Shown here: positions 52,154 through 61,600 of the stretch, piece after piece
Position numbering within the stretch: the stretch's first letter is position 1
Layout: every line of letters begins with the position of its first letter
Source: Alphaproteobacteria bacterium
GTDB taxonomy: Bacteria > Pseudomonadota > Alphaproteobacteria > GCA-2746255
NCBI GenBank assembly: GCA_965249135.1
Contig: OZ252220.1
Coordinates: forward strand, 864,001 to 928,000
Direction of reading: 5' to 3'
Length of the DNA: 64,000 nucleotides
The notes under the pieces: generated by a model
What the model saw: only the letters and a program-made list of their open reading frames with translations
Database searches by the model: none
Told to the model about the DNA's origin: nothing
Made by a program: the position numbers and the translations under genes

Positions 52154-53938
52154 TTAAGAAAGGGTTTCCAATTCGTCGATCATGCGTGCAATGACGCCGA
52201 GCCCCTGCCCCCAGAAGGCGGGGTCCGAGGCATCCAACCCGAAAGGTGCGAGCAATTCCCCATGCCGGAGCGTGCCGCCGGCTCGCAGCATGTCGAGATA
52301 TTTCTCCGCAAACCCAGCCTCCGTCTCCTCGTATGCCGCGTAAAGGGAATTCACCAGGCAATCCCCGAAGGCGTAGGCATGGACGTAAAAGGGCGAATGG
52401 ATGAAGTGGGGGATGTAGGCCCAGAAGGCGCGGTAGTCGTCATCGAGACGAATGGCGGGACCTAAGCTTTCCGCCTGCACCTCGAGCCAGATCTCGGACA
52501 GGCGGTCCGCGGAAAGCTCGCCCGCTCTTCGTGCGTCATGGACGCGTTCCTCGAAACTGTGAAAGGCGATCTGGCGGACGACCGTGTTCAGCATGTCCTC
52601 GACCTTCCCCGCCAGCAGGTTGCGCCTCCGCTTGCGCTCCTTCTCAAGGCCCAGCAGCCGCTTGAAGGTCAGCATCTCGCCGAAGACCGAGGCCGTCTCG
52701 GCCAGCGTCAGCGGCGTTTCCGCAAGCAACAGCCCGTTCTTTGCGGCGAGGATCTGATGGACGCCGTGGCCCAGTTCGTGGGCCAGCGTCATGACGTCCC
52801 GCGTCTTTCCCTGATAGTTGAGAAGAAGGTAAGGATGGTGGGACGGCACGGTGGGATGGGCAAAGGCGCCGGAGGCCTTGCCGGGGCGAGGGCCGGCATC
52901 GATCCAGGCCGCATCGAAGAAGCGCTTTCCCACATTCGCCATTTCCAGCGCAAACCCCGCGTAAGCCTCGAGCACGGTGCGCACCGCCTCCTCCCAGGGG
53001 ATGATGCGCACCCCTTCATCCGGCAAGGGCGCGTTCCGGTCCCAGTAATCGAGCCTGTCCACCCCGAACAGGCGCGCCTTCCATGCGTAGTAGCGGTGCG
53101 CGAGGCGCGGATAGGCGTCGCGCACGGCACTCACCAAGGCGCTCACCACCGCATCCTCCACCTGGTTCTCCAGATTCCTCGCCGAGACGGGTTTTGAAAA
53201 CTTCCGCCACGCGTCTTCGATCGCCTTGTCCTTGGCAAGCGTGTTCGTGATCAGTGCAAACAGCCGGATGTTTTCGCCGAACACCTTGCCAAGCGCCTTC
53301 GCAGCCTCTTTGCGAAGTGCGCCCTTCGGGCTTGACAGCAAGTCGAGCGCTTCCGTCTCCGTCAGCTCCTTCCCGTCCACGGAAAAGCGAAGGGCGGCCA
53401 TCGTCTCATCGAAAAGCCGGGTCCAGGCGGCCCGGCCCGAAAGGCGTTTCTCATGGAAGAGCCGCTCAACGTCGTCGGACAATTGATGGTCGCGAAAGAG
53501 ACGGATGTCCCGAAGCCAGGGCCCATAATGGGCAAGGCTGGGCGCGCGCATCTTCTGGGCCAAGGCCTCATCCGAAAGCCGGTTGATCTCAAGCGTGAAG
53601 AACAGAAGCTCGGTGCCGATCGCGTTCGTCTTCTCCTGAATGTCCTGAAGAAACGTGCCGCGTGCCGTATCCTCGACGTCGGCCGCGTAGCGAAGCGTCG
53701 CATAGGCCATAAGCCGGCCGATTCTTTCCTGAATGCGCTCAAAGTCCGCGACGGCGGCTCCCAATTCCTCGCCCGCCATCTCGGCGAGCCTGCCCCCATG
53801 GTTCGTGTGGAAACGCTTGGCCTCCGCCATGGCCGCTTGCACATCGGCCGCAAGTTCGGGCGCCTCGGGGCTTGCATAAAAGTCGCCCAAGTCCCATTCC
53901 GGTAATGGCCTCAACGCGCGCTCGCCGCTTGCATCCAT
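52154..53938 (-). CDS. M3 family oligoendopeptidase (PepF-like)
   Basis: LPEWDL, TLAHELGHGVHQ zinc motif, AETASVFGE, YIPHFIHSPFY. Confidence 0.92.
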   Translation of the reverse strand: MDASGERALRPLPEWDLGDFYASPEAPELAADVQAAMAEAKRFHTNHGGRLAEMAGEELGAAVADFERIQERIGRLMAYATLRYAADVEDTARGTFLQDIQEKTNAIGTELLFFTLEINRLSDEALAQKMRAPSLAHYGPWLRDIRLFRDHQLSDDVERLFHEKRLSGRAAWTRLFDETMAALRFSVDGKELTETEALDLLSSPKGALRKEAAKALGKVFGENIRLFALITNTLAKDKAIEDAWRKFSKPVSARNLENQVEDAVVSALVSAVRDAYPRLAHRYYAWKARLFGVDRLDYWDRNAPLPDEGVRIIPWEEAVRTVLEAYAGFALEMANVGKRFFDAAWIDAGPRPGKASGAFAHPTVPSHHPYLLLNYQGKTRDVMTLAHELGHGVHQILAAKNGLLLAETPLTLAETASVFGEMLTFKRLLGLEKERKRRRNLLAGKVEDMLNTVVRQIAFHSFEERVHDARRAGELSADRLSEIWLEVQAESLGPAIRLDDDYRAFWAYIPHFIHSPFYVHAYAFGDCLVNSLYAAYEETEAGFAEKYLDMLRAGGTLRHGELLAPFGLDASDPAFWGQGLGVIARMIDELETLS

Positions 53939-54060
53939 TCGCCCATGCCTTCCGGGATTCCGGCGGGTCTTGACCCTTCAAGGGCAAAGCGATTGCCCCG
54001 CCTGCCCCCTTTCCGTTAAACAATAGGCAGAAAACTGGCATCCGGCCAGACAGGGGGGTC

Positions 54061-55869
54061 ATGGAACCCGCTTACGAAGCTTGGCAGAGCCTGCCGCAGA
54101 TGTTCTTCGACACGGCCGAGGAGAAGGACGCGAAGCCCTTCCTCTGGGCAAAGCGCGAGGGCGCCTACCGTGCGATGACCTGGCGGGAGTGTGCCGAGGC
54201 GGTGCGCGCATTGGCGAACGGGCTCTGCGCCTTAGGCATCCGGCCAGGGGATCGGGTTGTGCTGGTCTCCGAAAGCCGTCCGGAATGGCTGATCGCGGAC
54301 GTCGCCATCATGGCGGCCGGCGGCGTCACGGTGCCGGCCTATGTCACGAACACGATTGCCGACCATCGGCACGTCCTCACGAATTCCGGTGCCAAGGCCG
54401 TCATCGTGTCTTCCGCCAAGCTGGCCGACCGGGTCTTCCCGGCGGCAGCCGACGCGCCGCTTATCGAGACCGTGATCACGATGGAGCCGGCCGAGCCGAC
54501 AACACCGGCCGCCTTCAAGGTCATCCTGTGGGAAGAAACGCTCGCCGCCGGCCGTGACCAGACGGATGCGGTCGCAGACACGATCGCAAACGCCACGCGC
54601 GGCGATCTCGCCTGCCTCATCTACACGTCCGGCACCGGCGGCGCGCCGAAGGGGGTCATGCTGAGCCACGGCGCCATCCTTCACAACTGCGTCGGCGCCT
54701 ACCATGTCCTTATCGAGCTGGGCTTAAGCCGCGAACGTTTCCTTTCCTTCCTTCCCCTTTCCCATTCCTACGAGCACACGGCCGGTCAGTTCTTTCCGAT
54801 CTCGATCGGCGCCGAAATCTATTACGCCGAATCGATCGACAAGCTTTCGACGAACATGGCCGAGGCAAAACCGACGATCATGACGGCGGTGCCCCGGCTT
54901 TACGAAGTCCTCTTTGAGCGTATTCAGAAAGGGGTCGCCAAGGCGGGCAGCGTAAAGGCGAAGCTCTTCGCAAGGGCGGTCGCGTTGGGGCGCAAGGCCT
55001 ACGAACATCCCGGCACGCTTTCCGTGCGTGAACGCCTGCAAAATCGTCTCCTCGACGTCCTCGTTCGCCGCAAGGTCGCCAAACGCTTCGGTGGCAAGCT
55101 GAAGGCGCTGGTCTCAGGGGGCGCGCCGCTCAATTACGAGGTCGGCATGTTCTTCACCGCCCTTGGCCTTCGGCTCCTGCAAGGCTATGGCGAGACGGAA
55201 AGCGGGCCGGTCATCAGTTGCAACCGGCCCAGCCGGAACCGGCTCGACGCCGTCGGCCAGCCGCTCGAGTCAACGGAAGTCCGCATCGCCGAGGACGGGG
55301 AAATCCTGGTGCGCGGCGAGCTCGTCATGCTCGGCTATTGGGGGGACAAGGCGGCGACGGAGGCCGCCATCCGGGACGGCTGGCTCTACACCGGCGACGT
55401 CGGCCAGATCGATCCGGACGGCGCCATCCGGATCACGGATCGCAAGAAGGACATCATCGTGAATTCCGGCGGCGACAACATCTCGCCGCAGCGGGTGGAG
55501 GGCATCCTCGAACTCGAGCCGGAGATCGCCCAGACCATGGTCTATGGCGACCAGAAACCGCACCTCGTCGCCCTCATCGTGCCGAACGCGGAATTCGCCG
55601 AAGAATGGGCCCACGCCCACAAGAAACCCCATGAGCTTTTAAAGCTGCTCGAAGAGGACGCGTTTCGAAAATGCATCCTTGACGCCCTCGATCGGGCGAA
55701 CGCCAAGCTGTCGCCCATGGAAAGGGTGAAGCGTTTCGCGCTCACCGCAGAGGCCTTCACGATCGAGAACCAACGGATGACGCCGACGCTGAAGGTGCGG
55801 CGCCACAAGGTCTGCGAGCATTACGGAGAGACCCTCGAAGGGCTCTACACGGCGAAGAAATCCGCCTAA
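54061..55869 (+). CDS. Long-chain fatty acid-CoA ligase
   Basis: IYTSGTGGAPKG, FLPLSHSYE, QGYGETE, TGDVG, TPTLKVRR. Confidence 0.9.
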   Translation: MEPAYEAWQSLPQMFFDTAEEKDAKPFLWAKREGAYRAMTWRECAEAVRALANGLCALGIRPGDRVVLVSESRPEWLIADVAIMAAGGVTVPAYVTNTIADHRHVLTNSGAKAVIVSSAKLADRVFPAAADAPLIETVITMEPAEPTTPAAFKVILWEETLAAGRDQTDAVADTIANATRGDLACLIYTSGTGGAPKGVMLSHGAILHNCVGAYHVLIELGLSRERFLSFLPLSHSYEHTAGQFFPISIGAEIYYAESIDKLSTNMAEAKPTIMTAVPRLYEVLFERIQKGVAKAGSVKAKLFARAVALGRKAYEHPGTLSVRERLQNRLLDVLVRRKVAKRFGGKLKALVSGGAPLNYEVGMFFTALGLRLLQGYGETESGPVISCNRPSRNRLDAVGQPLESTEVRIAEDGEILVRGELVMLGYWGDKAATEAAIRDGWLYTGDVGQIDPDGAIRITDRKKDIIVNSGGDNISPQRVEGILELEPEIAQTMVYGDQKPHLVALIVPNAEFAEEWAHAHKKPHELLKLLEEDAFRKCILDALDRANAKLSPMERVKRFALTAEAFTIENQRMTPTLKVRRHKVCEHYGETLEGLYTAKKSA

Positions 55870-55891
55870 AGGCCGTGCCTAAAGGCCGTGC

Positions 55892-56872
55892 CTAAAAACC
55901 GTGATAGTCGCGGTACCATTTAACGAAGCGGGGGATCCCCTCGTCGATCGCAGTAAAGGGGTGGAAATCGAGATCGCGTTCCGACTCAGTAATGTCGGCG
56001 TAGGTTTCCTTGACGTCGCCTTTCTGCATCGGCTGAAAGTCGATCACCGCCTTCTTTCCCAAGGCCGCCTCGATCAACCCGATGAACCGCATCAAGGGCT
56101 CGCTCCGGTGATTGCCGAGGTTGTAGAAACGATGGGGGGCTTCCCCTTCTCTTAAAGGCGGCAGGCGATCGAGCGCCGCCAGCACGCCTTCGACGATGTC
56201 GTCGATATAGGTGAAATCCCGCTTCATCTCGCCATTGTTGAAGACTTGGACCGGCTCGCCTTCGCTGATCTTCTTCGTGAAGATATAGGCCGACATGTCC
56301 GGCCGCCCCCAGGGGCCATAGACGGTGAAGAAGCGAAGGCCGGTGGCGGGAAGGTCGTGCAGGTGGCTGTAGGTGGCGGCCATCAATTCGCCCGCCCGCT
56401 TCGTCGCCGCATAAAGCGAGATTGGTTTCTCGACCGGGTCCGTCACCGAGAAGGGAAGCTTCGTATTCCCGCCATAGACGGAGGACGAACTCGCATAGAC
56501 GAAATGCTTGAGGCCTGTGAGCCGGCGCGCTAGTTCCAGCATGTGCAGCTGACCGTCCACGTTGGACGCGATATAGGCTTCCGGGTTCTCGAACGAGTAA
56601 CGCACGCCGGCCTGGGCAGCAAAGTGGAGGACGCGATCCGTGTTCTTTAATTCCCTTCCGAAGGCTGCCATCGCATCGCCGTCCGCGATGTCGAGCTTGT
56701 GAAAGGTGAAGCCCTTCTGCTTCGTAAGCTCGCCGAGCCGAGCCTCCTTCAGCTTCACGTCGTAATAGGGGTTGAGGTTGTCGATGCCGATCACTTCCTC
56801 GCCACGGGCAAGCAGCGCGTTTGCCACGTGAAAGCCGATGAAACCGGCGGCCCCGGTGAGAAGAATGGCCAT
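55892..56872 (-). CDS. NAD-dependent epimerase (UDP-glucuronate 4-epimerase-like)
   Basis: TGAAGFIG, AAQAGVRYS, YASSSSVYG, YAATK, RFFTVYGPWGRPDM. Confidence 0.92.
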   Translation of the reverse strand: MAILLTGAAGFIGFHVANALLARGEEVIGIDNLNPYYDVKLKEARLGELTKQKGFTFHKLDIADGDAMAAFGRELKNTDRVLHFAAQAGVRYSFENPEAYIASNVDGQLHMLELARRLTGLKHFVYASSSSVYGGNTKLPFSVTDPVEKPISLYAATKRAGELMAATYSHLHDLPATGLRFFTVYGPWGRPDMSAYIFTKKISEGEPVQVFNNGEMKRDFTYIDDIVEGVLAALDRLPPLREGEAPHRFYNLGNHRSEPLMRFIGLIEAALGKKAVIDFQPMQKGDVKETYADITESERDLDFHPFTAIDEGIPRFVKWYRDYHGF

Positions 56873-56972
56873 GCGCGCGCGAACCCCTTGGATGCGAGGA
56901 CTTCCTATAGCGCGCCTGACGTAAGAAATCACCTGCTCCCGCCTAGGAAGGCGGCTCTCCGAAGCCAAGCTC

Positions 56973-57131
56973 GTGGGCGAGGTTGAAGACAAGCCCGACG
57001 ATAAGCCCGCCAAGAACGCCGCTGCCGCTGAATTAGCCCGGATGGGCGGTCAGGCGCGGGCTAAGAAGTTGAGTAAGAAGCGACGTGCAGAAATCGCCAG
57101 AAAAGCCGCTTTATCGAGATGGAAAAGTTAA
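56973..57131 (+). pseudogene. Small basic protein (GG.ARA..L...R.EIA.KAA..RW type), probably 5'-truncated mobile-element gene
   Basis: Manual translation VGEVEDKPDDKPAKNAAAAELARMGGQARAKKLSKKRRAEIARKAALSRWKS; below the ORF-track cutoff. Confidence 0.6.
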
Positions 57132-57419
57132 ATTACTTCTTCTTTTCGATGGGGACGCCTTTGCCTTTGGTGCAGGATTAACAACCGCAGCATCCAAAGT
57201 CATCTTTTTTGAGGTGTTGGAGTCCGCTCTCTGAATCCCGACATTACTTATTCCAACTGCAACACCGGGCGTCATTTGTTCAAGAGTGGGCCCATAGTTT
57301 CCTGGCGCAATCCCGAAAGTGGCCATGAGCATCCATCTGCCCTCATGGACGTTAGTTTGCTTGATGATGAGTTCAAGCAGCTCTTTATTGTTTAGAACAT
57401 ATTGATTAACTTGGGGCAT
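57111..57419 (-). CDS. Hypothetical protein coupled to hicB (candidate third TA component)
   Basis: 102 aa, start overlaps the upstream stop by 14 nt, same low-GC islet. Confidence 0.7.
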   Translation of the reverse strand: MPQVNQYVLNNKELLELIIKQTNVHEGRWMLMATFGIAPGNYGPTLEQMTPGVAVGISNVGIQRADSNTSKKMTLDAAVVNPAPKAKASPSKRRSNLTFPSR

Positions 57420-58218
57420 CGTTCAGTCCCAATACTGATAATGTTTGGTATTCGGAGTAAAAATTAAGAACCGGCTGCGTTGGTCCAGTTACCGTCCGTG
57501 GTGTGAGTACCGGCATAAGAACAACCTGTGCCATCTGCTTTGCGGGGCTGCCCACTGATTTAGCGCCGATATGCTCAGCCAGACTGCTAACGATGAATTG
57601 ATTAAGGCTAATGCCATCATGTTCGGCGGCGCGCGCGGCCTTTTTATGGAGGCTTTTCGGCAGTCTCAGTACAAGCTTCCCGCTAAATCCTATACTTTCC
57701 ATGGGTTCAGGGATGCTCTGCCCCTTTTCAAGAGCGGCCTCTAACCAGCTCCACGCGGTATCTTCCAGTTTTGCATATGCCTTCGCTACCGTATTGGCGA
57801 GAACAATACAGCCAGGAAATTCCTGCATCTCCGCACGAAACGATCCATCTTCCTCTGGCACCACTACACGACTGTATGGCTTTTTCAGATAGTCAGCAGG
57901 ATCGACAGACCTTTCAGACTTGACCTTCGTCTTCTGCATCATCTTCATCCAACCTTTTTCCCAAGCGAGGATGTCATCCTCTAACTGATTCAAGATGCTG
58001 TTCCTTGTGCCAGGCGGTAAATCCTTACCGCCGTGATGCGGGATTGCGAGTGATCGCAATTCATCAAATTCTTTGTTTTCCCACATAGGTTCCTTGCCAC
58101 GCTTCACAAGTTCCCGTCCTAGCTTTTTGGCGATTCTCTCAAGCGCACTCGCCTTTTGCGGTGCACGGCGCAGGGCCTCTACTTCTCCCCTAAGCTTGCC
58201 TAGCTTACGATCATCCAT
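57406..58218 (-). CDS. HicA-like toxin fused to HicB antitoxin
   Basis: N-terminal ~88 aa HicA-like (LERIAKKLG..IPHHGGKDLPPGT..IL); then HicB (YSRVVVPEEDGSF..EFPGC..IPEP) with RHH (SGKLVLRLPKSLH..GISLNQFI). Confidence 0.75.
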   Translation of the reverse strand: MDDRKLGKLRGEVEALRRAPQKASALERIAKKLGRELVKRGKEPMWENKEFDELRSLAIPHHGGKDLPPGTRNSILNQLEDDILAWEKGWMKMMQKTKVKSERSVDPADYLKKPYSRVVVPEEDGSFRAEMQEFPGCIVLANTVAKAYAKLEDTAWSWLEAALEKGQSIPEPMESIGFSGKLVLRLPKSLHKKAARAAEHDGISLNQFIVSSLAEHIGAKSVGSPAKQMAQVVLMPVLTPRTVTGPTQPVLNFYSEYQTLSVLGLNDAPS

Positions 58219-58288
58219 AGTACTATATATGATATCAACAGAGAGTTAAAAGTGCACGACCTCACGTGCGGTAGGATAGCTCGCGGCC

Positions 58289-58435
58289 TCACACCTCCGG
58301 ATAGGGCGGGTACTGCGTCGCCTCGTCAGCGAACGCGGGCGGCGCAAAGGTGAACACGATGAAAAGGAGGCCGAGAAGGGGCGCAATCCCTCTTTGCCGA
58401 GAGCCGTGCTGTGTCCTGTGAGGCTTACGCCGCAT
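58289..58435 (-). pseudogene. Truncated secreted-protein gene
   Basis: GGAGG RBS, MRRKPHR..LLGLLFIVFTFAPPAFA/DEATQYPPYPEV-TGA. Confidence 0.5.
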
Positions 58436-58615
58436 CGGGTTTCCTCCCCCGGCGCGTAAAGCGCCTTATTGTGCCTTTCCTTCTATCATAGGAATATTAT
58501 CCTGTAAAGGGTTGATCGCCCCGCGCCCCTCAAAGGCGGCCCATTTACCGGCGGCTCGATTGCAAAGGGGGGGTTCCGAAATTACGTTACCATCAGGGGA
58601 AAGGACGGAACTCGC

Positions 58616-61600
58616 ATGGCGCTCGCCGCAGTCTCGCTCGCCCAAGTCTCGCTCGACGACAAGTATGCCCGGGAAAGCGGCCGGATCTACCTCTCCGGCA
58701 TCCAGGCGCTGGTGCGCCTGCCTCTCATGCAACGCCACCGGGACCGCATCGCCGGCTTGAATACGGCGGGCTTCATCTCCGGCTACCGCGGCTCGCCCTT
58801 GGGCGGGTATGACACGGAGCTTTGGAAAGCGCAGAAGTACCTGGATGCGAACGCCGTCCACTTCCGCCCCGCCGTCAACGAGGATCTGGGCGCCACCGCC
58901 GTCTGGGGAAGCCAGCAGGTGAACCTCTTCGAAGGGGCGAGCTACGACGGCGTCTTTTCAATCTGGTACGGCAAGGGTCCCGGCGTCGATCGTTCCGGCG
59001 ACGTCTTCAAGCATGGCAACGCCGCCGGTTCGTCCCGACATGGCGGAGTCCTGGTGCTGGCCGGCGACGATCACGCGTGCAAGTCCTCGACCATCCCCCA
59101 GCAAAGCGAGTTCGCACTTATCGACGCCGGCATCCCGGTCCTCAACCCGGCCGATATCCAGGACGTGCTCGATTTCGGGCTCATCGGCTGGGCGATGTCG
59201 CGCTATTCCGGTTGCTGGGTCGCCATGAAGGCGATCTCGGAAACCATGGATAGCTCGGCCGCCTGCCTCGTCGCACCGGATCGTGTGCGCTTAAGTCCGC
59301 CGGAAGACTTCGAGATGCCGGAAGCAGGCCTCAACATCCGCTGGCCGGATTCGCCGCTCGCCCAGGAGACCCGGCTGCACCGCCACAAGCTCTATGCGGC
59401 GCGCGCCTTTGCGCGCGCCAACCGCCTCGATCGCGTGGTGCTGGACAGCCCCAACCCCCGTTTCGGCATCCTGACGACGGGCAAGGCGGCCAACGACGTC
59501 CGCCAGGCGCTTCGCAATTTAGGCATCGACGCGGCGGAAGCGGCCCGCATCGGCCTTCGCGTCCTCAAAATCGGCTTAAGCTGGCCCTTGGATCCGAACA
59601 CCTCGCGCAGCTTCGCCGAAGGCCTCGAGGAAGTCCTCATCGTCGAGGAAAAGCGCGCCGTGCTCGAGAACCAGTTGAAAGAGCAGCTTTACAACCTACC
59701 CGCAGGTAACCGCCCCCGCATCGTCGGCAAGCGGGACGAGGAAGGTGCCTGGCTGGTGCCGTCCGATGGCGAGCTTTCGCCGGCCCTCATCGCGCGCGCC
59801 ATCGCGGCCCGGCTTGCGCGGTTCCACACCAGCCCCATGATTGAGGAACGGCTTGCCTTCCTGGAAGCGAAGGAGGCGGCGCTCGAGAAACCGCGCAGTC
59901 TGATCGAGCGCGTCCCCTATTTCTGTTCCGGCTGCCCCCACAACAGCTCGACCCAGGTGCCGGATGAAAGTCGCGCCATGGCCGGCATCGGCTGCCACTA
60001 CATGGTGCAGTGGATGGATCGCTCGACGGACCTCTTCACCCATATGGGCGGCGAGGGTGCGAACTGGATCGGTCAGGCGCCCTTCACCACAACACCCCAC
60101 ATCTTCCAGAACATCGGCGATGGCACCTACTTCCACTCCGGCTTGCTTGCCATCCGCGCCGCCGTCGCGGCCGACGTCAACATCACCTACAAGGTCCTCT
60201 ACAACGACGCCGTCGCCATGACCGGCGGCCAGCCGGTCGACGGCTCGCTTTCCGTCTCCCAGATCACCCATCAGCTTTATGGCGAAGGGGTCGGCCGTAT
60301 CGTCGTCGTGACGGACGAACCCGACAAGTACCCCAAAGACGTCGATTTCGCAGCCGGCGTCACCGTCCACCACCGGGACGCCATGGATCGCCTGCAACGC
60401 GAACTCCGCGAGGTGAAAGGCGTCTCCGTCCTCATCTACGACCAGGTATGCGCGGCCGAAAAACGCCGCCGCCGCAAGCGCGGCTTGCTCGAGGACCCGC
60501 CGCTTCGCGTCTTCATCAACCCGGAAGTCTGCGAAGGCTGCGGCGATTGCGGCACGAAGTCGAATTGCCTTTCCGTCGTGCCCCTCGAGACGGAGTTCGG
60601 CCGCAAGCGGGCGATCGACCAGTCGTCCTGCAACAAGGACTATTCCTGCCTGAACGGCTTCTGCCCAAGCTTCGTCACCGTCGAGGGCGGCGCGCCGCGC
60701 CGGCGAAGCTTAAGCAATCTCGACGGCCTCCCCACGCCCCCCGAACCGGCCCTGCCCAAAACGGCAGAGCCCTACAACATCGTCATCGCCGGCGTCGGCG
60801 GCACCGGCATCGTGACGCTCAGCAACCTCTTGGGCATGGCGGCCCATCTCGAAGGAAAAAGCGTCACCGTGCTCGATCAGACCGGCCTCGCCCAGAAGGG
60901 CGGCGCCGTGTGGAGCCATGTGCGGATCGCGGACGGGCCGGCCGACCTGTTCGCCGTGCGCATACCGGCCGGTCGCGCAGGCCTCCTGCTCGGCTGCGAC
61001 CTCGTCGTGGCGGCAAGTTTCGAGTCGCTGGCCAAGACCTCGCCCGAGACGCGCGCCATCGTCAACAGCCACGAGACGCTGACCGGCGACTTTGCGCGGC
61101 ATCCCGACCTCGCCTTCCCCGAGCACGCCATGCAGGCCGCCATCCGCGAGGCGACGGAAGGTCACGCATCCTTCTTGGACGCAAGCCGCCTTGCCACCCG
61201 CCTGATGGGGGATTCGATTGCGACCAACCTCTTCCTGCTCGGCCACGTCTACCAGAAGGGCCTCGTTCCCCTTTCGGCCGAAGCGATCGCGCGTGCCATC
61301 GAACTGAACGGGGTGGCGGCCGCCCAAAACCTCGATACCTTCCGCTGGGGAAGGTTGTCGGCTGCCGATCCCGACCTCGTCCGGCGCACCGCCGGCATCG
61401 AGGACGAGGCGAAAGAAGAAACGACCGCGCTCGATGCCTTGCTTGCGCGGCGGCGCGAATTCTTGACGAATTATCAGAACGGCCGCCTTGCCGATCGGTA
61501 CGCAGGGCTGGTGAACCGTGCTAGGGAAGCGGAAGCGGCGATCGATGGGCAAGGTCTCGCCATCGCCGTCGCCAAGGCCTATTTCAAGCTTCTCGCCTAC

